From contig OZ316894.1 in assembly GCA_973895155.1 (NCBI GenBank), forward strand, positions 25,899,140-25,963,139: a DNA stretch of 64,000 nucleotides, read 5' to 3'. Position numbers and translations under genes: made by a program. The notes beneath the pieces are model-generated. The model searched no databases. It was not told the DNA's origin and was given only the letters and a program-made list of their open reading frames with translations. This stretch comes from Marsupella aquatica (Eukaryota > Plantae > Marchantiophyta). Below, piece by piece: positions 23,615 through 38,225 of the stretch (positions are counted from its first letter, which is position 1; the number at the start of each line of letters is the position of its first letter).

Positions 23615-25730
23615 CCCCAATCCCAATTGTGATGAAGGGGGTAGAAGAAGTGCTCCTACACTTTCTTTATGTTGCCTCCCTCTCCAAGAACGGGGTTAGG
23701 GGAGTACAAGTGTGAATGAAAATCAACACTACTGTATCCTGTTGATTTGATCCAAAATTTATTTATTCTCATACATTAACAAATGCTCATGACTCATCAC
23801 CTCAGGAGTCCAATTGTTTTTTCCCTTCCAACCCATGACTCATTCCACAATACTAGACCTGTCAGCAAAGTGACTGTTTTTTACAATTCTTACAAGAAAT
23901 TCAAAAAAGAAACTTTCCGCAAACTCCCCGCTTGACAGGTGGCCTTTTGACCAAGAGGGACAGGAAATGGAAAAAACTCAACATGAAAGAAAGAGAAGAA
24001 AAGATTTGCCGGGAAACGCTTTTGACAACCAAAGCGACGTAAAAAATAGTTTTTATAAACAAACCTACAACACAAATCAAAAGTCATGACTTTACGGATA
24101 GGTGTGCACTGCAGACAAAATACTAAAAACTTCTTACGTTTGGCAACTTTTATTTACCTTCGATCCCTCACGGACTTCCCGTACAGTATTTACTTTGCGG
24201 TTCGGACTCCCGATCATCGCTTGACCGCGCAGGTACGGTACGCGCTCTCTACTCGTCTACCGTATTGTACAAAACTTTTACCCGGAGTATGCGTTTCTTC
24301 AAATGCGATTGGTCAACTAGCCGGCTAGTGTAGATTCGACGATTCTATACGGTAACCGGCGATACACGATCCCCCTTCCAGGTGTAGTGATCTAGGCCCT
24401 TCCTCTCCCGGACACATGATTCTCGAGATCTGGAATCTGGTGCAGAGTCTTCCGAGCTCGGACATTCCCCTGGCGGGCAGGTGGGGGCACGGGCAGACGG
24501 GCTGCAGGGCAGGTCAGTAGTTTTAGGCACGGAGTGTGTTTCCCAGCGCCGCCCATGCGATTCTGTCCCGGTTAATTAAGTCAACCGCGCTACAAAGGTT
24601 CTGACTCGTCGACGACTGCCTGCTTCAGAGAGACTTCCGCTCCTCTGAATAATAAAAATTGTGCCGGCCGGCATGACTTTGCTGCGGGCCAAGGAACAAG
24701 CGCCGATAATTTTCTCAAGGGTTTGCCTTTTTCGCCAGTAGCAGATTCTAAGAAGATTCAATATATTTGTTGCTATGTTGACATTCATTTCTGGTCACTA
24801 GAGCTCCTTACAGTAGGTTTCGTAGGTTTAAGGATAATCATCGAATTCTGACTTGCGAGTATGTGGGTACCTGCCCACTGACGACCAAATGCAAGGGCTA
24901 ATATTAGCCAAAAGGGGCTACTACTTTTTGGGTGAAATTTGGCTAATTTTTGCACTTAGAAAATACACTGGTTTGTTGCTTCTGTTCCTTTTGTTTGCTA
25001 ATGATGCAGTTCCATGCAGCCTGCCCTCTACAGTTACATTCACACTGCCAAAATTTTTTGTGGAGGGTAGCATCTTTTAAGTTACTTACTAGCCTGAGTG
25101 CCCTGCGTTCCTTGAACAAAAATAGAGATGAGAACAGCATTTGGATCTCTGTTTAACCTCAACTTTTTGTGGCTAGTTCTATTATGTCCAGTCTATTACC
25201 TAACAAAATTTGAGATTGTTCTGAGTGAGAAACCAACTGTCAATTGACGGTTCACATTTTGTGAAGGAGGCCTGAGTAGTTTGGGGATGAGCTGCAAATC
25301 ACCACTTTGGGATAAACTTTTCAGCAGGTGACTATTTGAAACAGGCTGCAAAGTAATCTTTAGGAACGGATTGACAGAGAACATTTCTAACAAAACTGAT
25401 AAAGGTGCGACTCAATTCTTTTGAATGTTCTGCGCCAATCCATCTGAGCTGTGGAAAGTGGTCCAAGCAAATTAAACCCCTTGGTTCATGGGCTTTATTT
25501 TCACATGGCTATACTTGTTATTTGATTTGCCATGTACTGCAATTGAATTAAGAACTCTGAGGAATGTTTGGAGTGCACTTAACATATTTAAAAGTATCCA
25601 GAAGAGTTCCTATGTGGTAAGAAATGTTCAGCCTGCTCCACAAATCTACGAATAGCATCCCATAATTATGAAGGAAGTCTTGTCTTTAAGTATCTTTCAA
25701 TGTTCAGTGTGATAAAGAGACTTCTAACTA

Positions 25731-26591
25731 CAGTGAACTCTGGATAAATGCACACTCCATAAACGCTTACCTTGGATTATTGCATGCCATCTTGTTCTTC
25801 CTTTTTTTTTACACGGGATAAGCGGGTTTTAAGCATTTTTTCTAAGCGCACCTAGGGCTAAAATAATTCCACAAAATGACAACTTTCTAAGCGCTTACCC
25901 TGGATAAGTGATTGAATGCGCTTATATGTAAATGCATAAACTCCAGAAATATCATTTACCGATAAAGGCATGCCCATTATTAGTAGAGTACATAATGCAC
26001 TTAAGGAGTTTGGGCAAAGAATTAGGGCAGGGATCAAGGTACGAGGCTGACTACGGGGTCTTTTAGTCTAGATGGCAGATGGACCTATATTGAAGGGAAA
26101 TACAATGCTGAGGCAGTGGAGGGCGAAGTAGACCAGGTAGGAAGCTCCTTAGTTGAAGGGGACTGCTCAATCCATACTGCCATCGGTCGGTACTGAAGAA
26201 GTTGTGTAGGCCCAATGTAGGAACTGTAGTCCACTTTTGTTTTTACTACGCATTGGACACAAAATGTTGTCATTTTGAAATAAAGTTTGATTTCACAGAA
26301 TGTTGGTGTGATCTGGGTACATTGTAGTATATACAATGTCCATGGTGAGTTTTGGAGTCCATATCATTGTTCATTCACTTGGTAGTGCTCAATCTGCCAT
26401 CGCCCACACAAATTGGTCTCAAATACTGGAAACCCTGGATAATCACACATTTAACAAAGGATCCCAAATTAAGCACACTTATCTATTACAGCACTTTTAG
26501 TGGGATGTGCACTTATCAAGTCATGCAACACATGCTTTAGTGCACGCCAGATACTTCTTCCCAAGATAGTGCATTTATCCAGAGTTCACTG
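25731..26591. mobile_element. Tc1/mariner (pogo-like) non-autonomous element
   Basis: Perfect 23-bp TIR CAGTGAACTCTGGATAAATGCAC, TA on both sides, and internal GGATAAG/GCRCTTA-type subterminal repeats. Confidence 0.9.
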
Positions 26592-26779
26592 TATATAACT
26601 AATGGCAAACAGAAGCTAGAGTTGGGGTCTAAATTTCTAAAGTGATGTCTTTAGATGGTAACTCTTAATAAAGACAAAACCAATAAAGATAAACTGAAGT
26701 GAAATGCATATCCAAAAACTGGGATGTGGACAAAGATGAAAGGGAACACGATAGACTTTTTGCAATATTTTTTTCAGTC

Positions 26780-27150
26780 TTATCTGTATTTACTTTCAAG
26801 TAAGGGGATAATCAGGCTAACATGGGATACATGTAAGAAAATCCTTACAATTAGTAGAACAATATTTCTCATAATTTGTCTGATATGTATTTATTTTCAA
26901 GTAAGGGGTAATCAGGCTCTTATAGGATGCATGTACTAAAATCCTTACAATTACTAGAACAATACTTCCCATTAGATTTGTAAATCCAATGCAATTAAAT
27001 TAAGGACACTGAGAAATGCTTTTAGCCCGCTCAACAAACCGGAGAGTATGGGTAATTATTCAAAGAACAATCAAATGCAACTAAAAAAATCCCTACAATT
27101 AGTAGAATTGTACTTCTGATTAAAATTGCAATCTAATGAAATGAAATTAA
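26780..27150. repeat. Degenerate ~100-150-bp repeat, 2-3 copies
   Basis: TTTCAAGTAAGGGG..AATCAGGCT and AAAATCCYTACAATTASTAGAA recur. Confidence 0.7.
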
Positions 27151-29482
27151 TTAAAAAACACCAAGAAACCTAATTTGAAAACCCCATGGACCACAAAGTT
27201 GGTCCTTCAAACTCCCATGGCTCACACTCCCCAAAATTGGAATTTAATTGTTACAACTTTATAGTAAAAAATCAAATCTATTTCAGTATTGGGGATATTG
27301 TAGAAGAGTGGGTAAGTTGCATTTCCATCAAAGTGACAGTACTGAAGGTAGGCATGCATGTATGGCACCATGGTTCCTATATGGCATACATGCAATGATG
27401 CATGTATGGTGTCGCTTGCCACGTATGTCGATTTATCCGTGGGCATACGCTCATCCGTCGCGTCAGCCACCTCTTCGCCCCACGTGGGCAAGAATTTCTG
27501 CTTCCTTCTTATCTCTGGAGTCTGGAACTCTTTTGTTTGAACTCTATTGTACTTTGTTTAGGCACTTTTTAGCAAATTTGTTCTTGTTCCATTTTAAGAA
27601 CGTCACCCAGAAATTAATGTTTTCCAGATTCTGATGGAAACTAGTCAATTGAACTCATCGACCGCTACGAGAATCTCCGACAGATTTTTTTTTTAAAAAT
27701 GTATTGTTTTTGTTTTCTGCAGTTCTTAATGAAAGATGATGTTGGGATGGATCATAACATTTGATCTTCGTCTTTGCATGAACATAACACTTATTGCATT
27801 TGATCTCAGTGTTTCCTTACTCCTCACACGTTTTTCACACCCAAAAAACAACCACTTATACCAAAGAAAGGTAACCACGAATAAAAACAATGTTTCATAA
27901 TGATCCTTACTCGTTATAAAACAATACATCTGATTATCTTGTTAAACATCATACTCCGTCAGTGAAACACTTATACAAAAAAGCTACATATATCTATGTT
28001 GAGCATTGTTCTCTACAGGAGAAACACTTACACAACGAAACCTATATGAGAGTAAACAATATTGTTTCATATTGATCGATGTAAAAGCTATATGAGAAAG
28101 AAGTCTTACACAAAGTGTTGTCAACATGGAAGGTGGCCAAAGCAACAAGAGTTACAAAATTGCTATAAATATTGATGACTGATAAATATGGTCGCTTCAA
28201 TGGTGTTCTTGGTCCAGCTGTAGGGGGAGCTTAGAAAGAGGGGCCGCTTATTAGGTTTAGTGCACCTACCCTACACCCCCTTCACCTCCACCATTTTCCT
28301 TTCCCCCATTCAAACACCCACCAATTTTCTCCCCTCCCCTCCCCTCCCCTCCCTCCGTCCCTCCTGCCCATTCATCCACCATGAAATTTAAAACCAATTT
28401 GTGGATCCCCCTTCTATCCCGTCCCCATTGCACAACACCTCCTCCCCTCCCTGATTACGGCCAGTTTGATATAGGATTGTCTACAAGACCAATTGAGCAT
28501 TGAGCTTCTTTTCATCAAGCCATGTGCATCATTGGACTCCTAATTTTACAGAAACTCAGTCCAATCCTCATCCTAATCAAGACCAGTTCAATACAACTGA
28601 TTGGTCACTGCCAAGGTGTTAGTCCTGCCAGTCTGCCACCGTAAGCTGAGTTTTGGATGTCTAAGTGAAGGACTCCTCTAACAGACTCAAGCTAAGCTGC
28701 AATGGAGCCACCATATCCCCCGTCAGCTCCTAGCTCCTACTACATAGATCTCAGAAAATGACCCCAGCAACCACAGTTTGCTTCTCAACTTTAGCTCTAT
28801 CAGGTCGCTGACTCCTAGTGTTTTGGACTTGGAGTCCTCGTAGAATTGAGCTCTTGAAACTTTGTAAAGCGCAACAGGGAACTTGAGTCTGATCTTACCA
28901 TTGAACACAATTGCAGGTGGGTACCTAGTTACAATTTGCCAACCTAAACGGAAGGCCAAGCTTGGGATTAGCCACTTACCCTACTCCTAACCAGACGCAG
29001 TTTGCCAGTTAGCTGCAGCCCCGGACAAGTATGGATTTGTTACAAAGTTTTGCTAGAGTAGAAAATTATTGCTAGCAACCCACAGCAGCCACCAAATTCA
29101 CTATGAATTTACAGAGTTTTGTGAGCACCCCTTTGTCAGCGAGATTGGTAGCCTCCGAGAATGGAATTCTTGTGCATGTGTAAGGGATGGTTAGCAAGTT
29201 AGCCAAAAGAGAAGTCCAAAAATTTGGGCTTTCTGAAAAACTGACCAAAAAATGGATCTCTTCAGGACTAATTTGCTAGCAAAATGATGTTTATTTACAG
29301 TTTTGTATAGCTTGAGGAAACGGTATCTGTTGTGAGGAAGCCAAGAAAGCATTGAATATAATTGCGAGGGAAGTATTTGAAAAGAAATAATTCAATTTGT
29401 TTGCATGATATCCGAAAAGTTAGTAGCAAATCTCTGCTTACTATATGAAACCACATGAATAAAGAAAATGGCTGCTGGGTAC

Positions 29483-29784
29483 CAGCGTTTTCATTTTACA
29501 TTTTCTTTTACCAAATTCCGCTTCCATAAAGTCTTTATCACATTTGGCCAAAATTCACAAAAATTTGTGTCGTAAAGTCGTCATCCTTCGGGAAAAATTC
29601 ACCACATTTTGGTCTCCGATTAGGCAGGTTCCCACCTAGCCACAAACCCCAGTGGACAGAATCGGCCGGTGGGAAAAATTAGGCTGGTAAATTTAGATTA
29701 AAAAAATGTTCTGAGCACTTTCTCATTCACACACTGGACATTCACCAGCTTAGCGAAAACGATAAAAGAGTAAAAATCATCCTG
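29483..29784 (-). mobile_element. hAT-like MITE, family B
   Basis: Ends CAGCGTTTT / AAAATCATCCTG, degenerate TSD CTGGGTAC/ATAGGTAC, and reverse similarity to 62384-62707. Confidence 0.6.
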
Positions 29785-30471
29785 ATAGGTACTTGCCCCA
29801 GCGGTAATACCTAGCCCGGGAAGAGACATGTGGGAGGGCCCAGCGTCCGTCCCTTCCCGACCCGGGGTGTCTCGGTCAACCTACATCTTAATGGGCACCG
29901 AAAGCACAACACGACAGAATCTGATTGCGATATCGGAGTCACGTAATCACCGTATCCATTCATTTAATCTCCGGTCCTGTAGTCCGGTCCATCCATTACT
30001 AATTTTTGTTTTGCCCGCCACTCCAGTATCCATCGGATTCACGGTACCGTACGGGAGACCTAGCGTATGACATCCGTACGTACGTAAGGTGCGCACACGA
30101 GGAAGTCTCCGGCAAAAAGAGGCTTTCCGATTCCTTTGCACACCGCCGGGGATCAATCCGTACTGTACACGACGCCGGGGACGCTAAACCTCCAACGATT
30201 CCGACTAGTTTTTCTTGTCCGGGTTATACAGATACGGCACCCTCTGCGGCGAGGCACGTGCTTGGGGAATTTGACCCTCCGTGATGATAGCTGCGCCCAG
30301 AGTACAGTAGCTCGCTTGGAAGGTTGTAACTTCTGTGAGACTGTGACCCACACATCCTGAATTTTCTTCGGCGGTTGGGGTTTACTCCGTCCTATACTCC
30401 TATGAGTAAAGCGTTCCGTTCAAGACACACAAAACAAGAAGAAAAGGAAAATTTTCTCAGTTTTTGGGTGT

Positions 30472-30685
30472 GCGGGTGAGATATGCCCGAAAATGATGCT
30501 TATATGGACCAAGCTAATGACCAGGTAATCCCCATGTGTTTTTTATTCCCCTTAACACCTTCACCCTTTGACACCGCATGGGTGAGATAAGACCCTAAAA
30601 TGATGCTTTTATGGACCAAGCTCGTGAACCATGTAGTACCCACATTTATTTTTATTCCCCTTACGACCTTCCCTCATTGACACCC
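30472..30685. repeat. 2 x ~105-bp diverged tandem duplication
   Basis: GGGTGAGATA..AAAATGATGCTT..ATGGACCAAGCT..TTTTATTCCCCTTA..TTGACACC occurs twice. Confidence 0.85.
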
Positions 30686-33600
30686 TTCCGGTTTTCAAAA
30701 AGTCATTCAACATCTAGTCAGAAGTGGTTAACTCTTGCGTAAATAACTTGTTGAGTTTAAAGAAATCAGTCAGTGTCCTAAATTTTGAAATAATCTCCCA
30801 ACTAAGAAGCCTTGCCTTGGAAATTTGACGACCCAGAACCTGATAGATGGCTTTATTGGAGTTAGACTTGCTTGTCTACCTATTTTGAGTTCGTTTTGTC
30901 AGCCCACTTCTACCAAAGGTATTCTTAGTTTAGCCAGCCTCAAAGGCACTACTTGAAGACACATATCCTACCATAAGTCTACATAAATGGCAAAGCATAC
31001 CCAAATCCAACAAGAGAGTTAAGCCGGGACGAGTACTACTGTAGGTCGCATCAACATTTTCTCATAGTAATGTAACAAATAATTCTTCTTTAAGCCTCTG
31101 GGTTCCAGCTTGTCTTTTGGTGCAACAAAGGGTTTCATCTGAGGTTTCATTGATATTAATCTTACAATACGCTTCCATGTCTTACTGTACTTCGTGGATA
31201 AGTTAAACAAGTATCTCCCAGAACCGGGCTAACTTCTGAGAGCCCTTTGTTGTAGATGGGCGGGTGTAACTTCCACACTATAATTGTAGATCAAAGAGTA
31301 TCCTTCATGACCTACTCTGAAATGACCTACTCTGAAGAGTGAAGCCATAGACCCTAATATTTTTGGTAACAATAAATTTTTAATTTTTGACTATGTTGAT
31401 GAGTAGGGAAGGGCATGGGAGTCTGGGTATGCAAACCCCTTCCCTGGACATGTGCACGGGGTACGCAGGCTAGTTTTAAGGTACACGACAAACCCCAAAG
31501 TCAGGAGACGAGAGATGTTAGAGAATTCTTTACCTTTAATGCCATGGCTAGGCTTGATTTGTTACATATTTTTTTATTTTTAATGGATTGGCTTGGTTTG
31601 GCTTGGCTTGTCCTCTACTTTGCTTGCTTGTGTGCATGTTGTGACTATATTTGCCTCTGTTTCTACGTCGATGCGGAGGGAGGAAAGCAAAAACGGAACC
31701 TCTTATCATCAACCTAGCAAAAAAATCCCATGTTTTGTCCTTTTTCCACTCGAGAACTTTGAGTGACGGAGAGATCACTTCGTTCTTATCTTTATCATTG
31801 TCTGCTGCCTTGGAGAGGTCATGAAGGCCTCTACTAATTATGTAGGGTGCCTAATATCCTTCATAGCTAAGAGAACTGGGGGCACGTTATCCAAGTCTGT
31901 ATTAAAGGACCACCCACCACTACCTATGCTGTAGCTAGGCAAGCTTACGATAGTGAAACCAAACTGGCGAGATATGTGCACATGGCCCAGATTCCTTTCT
32001 CCAAATCAGAAGTTTAAACATGACTTGGACATTCTGAGGTTGAGTATGAAATTGAAGCTACGGCAGGTTTAAGCGAAAATTGGTTACATAAAAACATTTC
32101 GTTACAATCATTAGGTTTGAGCAGAAAATGGTTGCATTAAAACATTTGGCTCCCGGCCTCCTCAAAACTTGATGTTCCAAAAACAGTGGGCTGGAAAAAT
32201 GTGCGGGCAGTTTGGGGAAATGGGGATGACATCAAATGCCACACATGACAGCCTGAAATTTTGAGACGACTGAGGCAAAATATATAGGAAAACGGTGCTT
32301 CCTGTTGAAATATGCTGCAAGCACAAGTCATGTCATAGTGTCAACTATTCACGTGAAGAAGTAGACTAGGAAAACCTTTGGCTGAGAAAAATTAAAATGG
32401 TCTCCCACCAAAATCTGGAACCAAGTTAAAATAACTATTTGCTATCACTGAATTACAACTACCAAAGGTGAATCATATTGGAAGCTAAACTAGGTCACTT
32501 TCCTCGTCACCTTCTTGTCTGTGTCTGGGTGAACCTTGTCATTGAAGCACACAGGTGAAGCGTATTTGCTAATCCCATGGACCCTAAGCCTTGATTGTTT
32601 TAAAATTGATTTTGCAACCCAAACAATAACGCGCATAATTAAATGTCACCACCTTCAGGTAGATTTAAAGCAACACCAACTAAAGCCAGAAAGAGCTAAT
32701 GAGCTGGAAGATTTTTTCTTCAAATTTTTATTTTTAAATTGCAAAATGGTTTTCTAGCCAACCACCAAAAACTCGGAAGAAAAGGACAAGGCTCACCTCC
32801 AGGCAGAGTTGCATTTCAAGTGAGTGAATTAGACTTCATTTCATACTTTTTTTAAATAAAAAAATTAAAGGAGAAATCTGTGAAACTCCACAGAAAGAGA
32901 AGAGTCAGTCACAATAGTTGAATCCCCAAGACCTATCAGTCTCTACTCAAGTGGACTACCACAAAGTCATGCCTCTCTGGGTAACTTCATTTCGTACTTA
33001 CCCTACACTATTGTTAATAGAATTTATACCAATTTCCACCTGATAGTAGGCATATCTCACAAGTAATATGTGATGACATTATACATTAATCCCATCCACA
33101 ATGTTCTAACAACAGTCACATTTTGGTGCAATTTTGTGCAATTGATCAGTGGTGTAGGGGTGTATTGCATGGTTTACAGGTTTGCATAAGACCATTAGTT
33201 AATTCACCTATTTGCTAGAACTTTGCTATTCTTTTCCAACAAGGTTTGCAATACTACTTCTCTTCATGGGTTGTTCTGGGCCCAAAATCTTCACCTGGTT
33301 GGGTGAGGTTTGGCTTTTGGCCTTGGCTTCCTTAACTACATTATTTTGCTATTCGAGCCCTCTTCAGATTCCACCTCCTTTGCCTTTTGCTTTCCTTTTG
33401 CTAAACATTTCAAGTTGTCCATGTGCTGATGTTGCATGTTGGGGCAACAACAGCCACCACCTTTGTGGTGTCAGACTTACAACTCCTAAGTACCGTTCAT
33501 GGTTGCCCTCAGCTTTGGAATCAACACTATACTCCCCAATCACTCATAACTCCAATTCTATTTAAGGTCACCCCCAACTTTTTGTTTTGCTTGCAAGCCA

Positions 33601-33719
33601 AGGGTTTTGCCATGCATGTGTAGATGTTGGATCAAATATCAAGTGTTGTGCACCAACTCCTTCACAAGGGAACCAATTGCCCTTATGTACAGCCATAGTC
33701 TCTAGCTTTGCATTGGATA

Positions 33720-34114
33720 TGTCAGTCATTTACTCTAACTTGGGTCTGGAGTTATAGACTATGTAATTGCAATTAAGCTAACCATTGTCTTGAAATACTT
33801 GATTAAGGTTAGATGTGTCACTACTGTACTCACTAGCAGAAATTAGTTAGCTAGTGAGTGGAACTTATACTTATTGTTACAAACTAAACCATCACACAGA
33901 TAGGGAAAGCTTAGTGTGACTGTGGAGACTTTGGTGTGACTCACATACTTAGGCTCAGTAAAGCTCCCTTGTATATTTTGGTGACATAGCCATGGGCGAG
34001 GTGAACCACATATCTCTTAGTTGTGTTAACTACAGTACTTGTGTGTTACTTTGTTGGATGTAAGTTGCACGTACATATGCATGCTAACTTTGAGTAGCAG
34101 TTGTCTGCTTAACA
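33720..34114 (+). mobile_element. Older solo LTR of the same copia group
   Basis: TGTCAGTCATTTACTC...CTTAACA; shares CTGTGGAGACT, AGTAAAGCTC and GAGGTGAACCAC.TATCTCTT; degenerate TSD GGATA/AGATG. Confidence 0.75.
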
Positions 34115-34596
34115 AGATGTACTAGGGCTGAGAGATAACATGGGACTCTATCTCAAGCTATGGGTGGTGGAACTCTCACCTGAGATCTAGATGCCAAACG
34201 GACCAGGCATTTTTCAAGCTCGGCACCCTTTGAGCAACTTAAGCTAACCAACCTCCCACTGGCTTTTACCTGGTTGCCACACTTGTTGTTTGTGGCTGGT
34301 TAGGAGTTATGTTGGTCAACTTATGATGGATCTTACCGTGATGGCTTGCTCTTGATGGGGAGGTGATGGTATTTCCCTCATATATTCTTTTGAGGGCCTG
34401 CCAATCCGGGCCCCTGGCTGGACCAACTTCCTGCTGTTGCAGATCCATTGCAATACATCTTAATCCAAGAAGGCACCTGAAATTAAGGTGGTCATGAGTG
34501 GTGCTGGCAACACAATCATGTGCTCCCGGTTGGCCTGAATACAATTATGTGTAGCATTGCTATGAGAGTCACGAGTCAAAAGTTATGGCTCCAACT

Positions 34597-34846
34597 ATTG
34601 GGGGTCGCACTATATATATGGAGGCCTCCCCTTCACCTGCAATGTTTTTAGGCATTGGACCCCCTAAAATTTAAGATATTTGTTTATTTTTTAACCCCTA
34701 TAAAGTTGGAATATTCTTGAAATATCTTGGAATCTGATTAAAAAGACTCTTTTGAGAAAATTCTTAAGTTTTTACCTAGAACTAATCAAATGACCCTATC
34801 TTTGTCGCACATGATGTGCCATTTTTGTGGAAGTGAAACCCCCAAG
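34597..34846 (+). mobile_element. hAT-type MITE, family A copy 2
   Basis: GGGGGTCGCACT...AGTGAAACCCCCAAG; TSD CTCCAACT/TCCCAACT. Confidence 0.8.
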
Positions 34847-35234
34847 TCCCAACTGAGTATTAATGGACTAGGGTCCAAAAACAGCAGACCAAATCTTGCC
34901 AGGGCTCGACATGTCAGGGGTGGCAGGTCCCCAAAGTATATATGTGAGAGTTGTATATGTTCTAAACTCTCACAAGTCATTTAACAATTGAGATCCGTCC
35001 CTACTCTAGCCCCCCAAGCCGAGGGACGGAGAGTAGAGCTTGGAGTAGAGGAAGAGCCCTGATGCATACAATTGGAGCATGGAAGCTCCTGGCTGGCTTG
35101 CTTCCAACTTGTGGTGCACCCCGGGGTGGGTGGTCTCCGCATGTCATTTTGTGCACCGCCTATCAACACTGCCCGTGGGCTATGGACCATAAGTTGAGAT
35201 CCACAAGTGATGTCAATGAGCTAATGGGTGCACA

Positions 35235-35530
35235 TGTTGGGGTTAATCATTATCCCAAGACACCATGCACATGTGAACACCATACAAAGTAGTCAACACA
35301 ACGAGTATGTGGTTCACCTCACGACCGAGGCTACGTCCATGGGAAAGCAAGAGACCTTTACTTCTCTCTTGCTCCACTCCAACAATGAATTGAAGATCCA
35401 CCAGGGGCTCACTGGCATCAGCCCTGGTTATATACAACATGTATCACTGCTAACCTAAGCTAAGTCCTAACCTGAGTTAGCCTAACTACGGTTAGCCCTA
35501 GAGTCACAAGACTAAGAGCAATACTCAACA
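35235..35530 (-). mobile_element. Solo LTR (reverse), subfamily shared with 56674
   Basis: TGTTG...CAACA ends, perfect TSD GCACA, and core GGACGTAGCC..GAGGTGAACCAC on the minus strand. Confidence 0.88.
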
Positions 35531-36679
35531 GCACAAAGTGAGTGACGAGGGTTACCACACGAGGAAGTTAATATTTGGACCCCATGTTGGGTTGAGACAC
35601 GACACCATACCAACTTTGGACCCTTGCAAGTTGCTGCACAACCCAAAGTTTTCATCAGGTCTGTTGGACTTGCCCTTGAATGTACATGTTGACATCAGAA
35701 TGCTGGTTGCAACAATGTCTCATGATCTCCAAACAGAGTTTGAGACCAAAATATGGACACCTGAGTGACTGGGCTTAATGGTTAGGCAAAACCTATGACC
35801 AAAATTCACGCACAGTCTGTGCCTTGAGTTTGCACATGGTATTGACTTCATACATAGATACATATGAGACTGTGCCTGGAATGAAGAAGTCATTGCCTCA
35901 AAGGAACAAGCAAGGTGCTTTGGTGCGCGGTCCCATATGTAAGACAGTATGGATAGGTTGTTAAACTCAGCAGAGCATGGGTTCTAGGATGGGTTTCTTG
36001 CTCTTTCTCTAACCCATGCTATGACTTATTTATTCAATTGGTTTTTGAAAAATGATTTGTTTGCAGGCAAAATTGATTTTAAATGGTGGAATTGTGATTC
36101 AGTTATTTGGTGAGGAAAAGTTTATTTTAAGGACATTGATCAATTAGAATTGAAGTCCAAATGGACCGTACCTCCATCAATGTTTTGCCAAAATGCTTGG
36201 ATAGACTTTTGCTACCAGGATGGACTGCAGAAATACCCTCTTTGTACTATACATATTACACCGATGAGTGAGAGGTGATAAGAAAACACTACATGTCTCT
36301 CTCAATTCTCAGTGAAATTTGAATGGAATTAGGTTTATTACAAAGATATTTCCAAGCCCTTTCTAAGGAGCCCAACAAACCAGTTTCCATTGGATATCGA
36401 GTGAGATACCTAACTTTGAAAATCTTTAGCTGCTAATAAACTTCTGGAAGGGCAAAGTGTGTCATCATGAGTTGATACATTAATCTTTAAATACCCTCAA
36501 CTCTCTCAATTTTTCATAAAAACTAGACCGTCCATCGATGTTTGATGGGTCAGGGCTCGGGCTTGGTGCTGTATCATTGTTTGATGTCCAATCAATCTCC
36601 TTATCATATTAAATTTCATTTGTCAGAGGATAATATAATTTGGGGTTCTCCAATGCAAAACAGCTGTTGGTTGGGATTC

Positions 36680-38225
36680 TTGTTAGGGTATTCCCAACTG
36701 ATACCACGGTCCGTGGGAATCAATGGTGGACCTCGCCACCCAGCGCCCTCACCAATCTCGGCACTTGCTTCTAAGTGCCCTTGGTGCCCGAACGCCTCCA
36801 CGGAATACCTCGAGCAAGCATCCAAGTGACTCTAGCACCACCTGCGGCCACTCCCATACGAAGTTGCACTTGCTCACCTGCACGACCGCTACTCAACGAT
36901 CCTCACTGTCTGCAGTAACAACCAAGCACCTTGGTAAGTAGCCCCTCCGGATCTAGAACTCGCCTAGTCTAGCATCCTAACTCAAGCTCAACAGACGTTG
37001 GTAAATAGGTCAGCGATAGGTCCTCCCGATGCCAAAAGCTGGAACCAGAACCCACGCCCACTGTCCGTCCAGGACAGCTCCTTCCTTGGGCGCGGCCCGG
37101 GTTCCCCCTCGTACCTATCCATCACCAACTGACCACCCTAACCTCAGGACATGCTCATGGCCCAAATAGCGTAGCTTGTCCTAAAGCTTGTCCCAAGCTT
37201 GTCCCAACACACCGGGACCAGAACGGCCCCGACCCTAGCAACCGCTCCCGGTTCGCCCCACTGATGGTCTAGGGACCGAGCACCCTTGGGACTCAGCCTC
37301 CACACCTACTTGGCCTTGCCTCCCCAACGCAAGCTCCCTTGGGAGGTTGAACACGGCTTGGCTGCTGTTCGGCAAGATTTGGCAAGCGGGCGAGCTAACA
37401 CCCGCAAACCTCGAGAACCCATGGCACCCCCGGACCCATCTGAGCTCAGGAGGGCGTAGCCCTCCTCAAGAGCTTTCCAACGAACCCAGGAAGCCCTCCA
37501 ACGAACTTCCTATTGGGAAGATATTGCCATTTCCGTTTGGCGGTTTCCCTTAGTGTCGCGACCGCCGCGGCTCACGACTTCGGCTCGCCCTTAGCCCCCA
37601 GGGAGACACAACTCCCCTCATATATGCTTCTGGGGACCTGCCACCCCTGGACCGGCTTTGGTCCCTAAACATTTGGCCCCCAACCCGGATCCCATCGCGC
37701 ATAATGGGCGCGTCACCAACTGGCAACGCCCATAACTTTCTTGATAGACATCCTCAAGTGGAGTGCCTTAGCCCGTTGCGACTGGGCCGACCCAGTGCTC
37801 ATGCCTAGGCCCTCAGGTTTGATCACCGCTCAGGGCCCCCGACCGGCCCAACCAGGATCGGGCCACAACTTGCGCCCCAAGCGTCCGTTGCCAATGGCGT
37901 CAACTCCATTGGCCTTGGGCCCAAGAAGAGCTCACTCCCAAGCCCTCAGAACTCAAAGTCCATCCGATGGTCCGGACGGCCATCCTTGAGCCCGACCCAT
38001 TTCCCCTTGACCCGACCAGCTGTAGGCTAGTCCAAGTCCTTAGTTTGTGTCCCCAACTTGGCCCCTTGCCTCGCCAGTGCCACGTCTCATTGCCCACTAG
38101 TCTCCCCATGCTAAGTCCTCCCCAGATGGCCTATCCAGGCCTGGACCATAAGGGAGCTCGGCGTCGGAGTCAGCGACGCCAGAGCTAAGTGTTAAGGTAG
38201 TCGAGTTCCGCGACTGAATCTCACA
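36680..38225. mobile_element. GC-rich, LTR-retroelement-like relic
   Basis: Starts TGTTAGGGTATT and contains AAGAGCTTTCCAACG, similar to the copia 5' internal region (~850). No TSD or coding domain was found. Confidence 0.35.

Noticed and set aside
36697-36706. Reverse PBS-like sequence CTGATACCA
   Set aside because: Only 9 nt match and there is no adjacent LTR end at the expected spacing.
37442-37462. miR390-like sequence GAGCTCAGGAGGGCGTAGCCC
   Set aside because: Only ~12 nt match, no hairpin partner was seen, and it lies in a TE-like relic.
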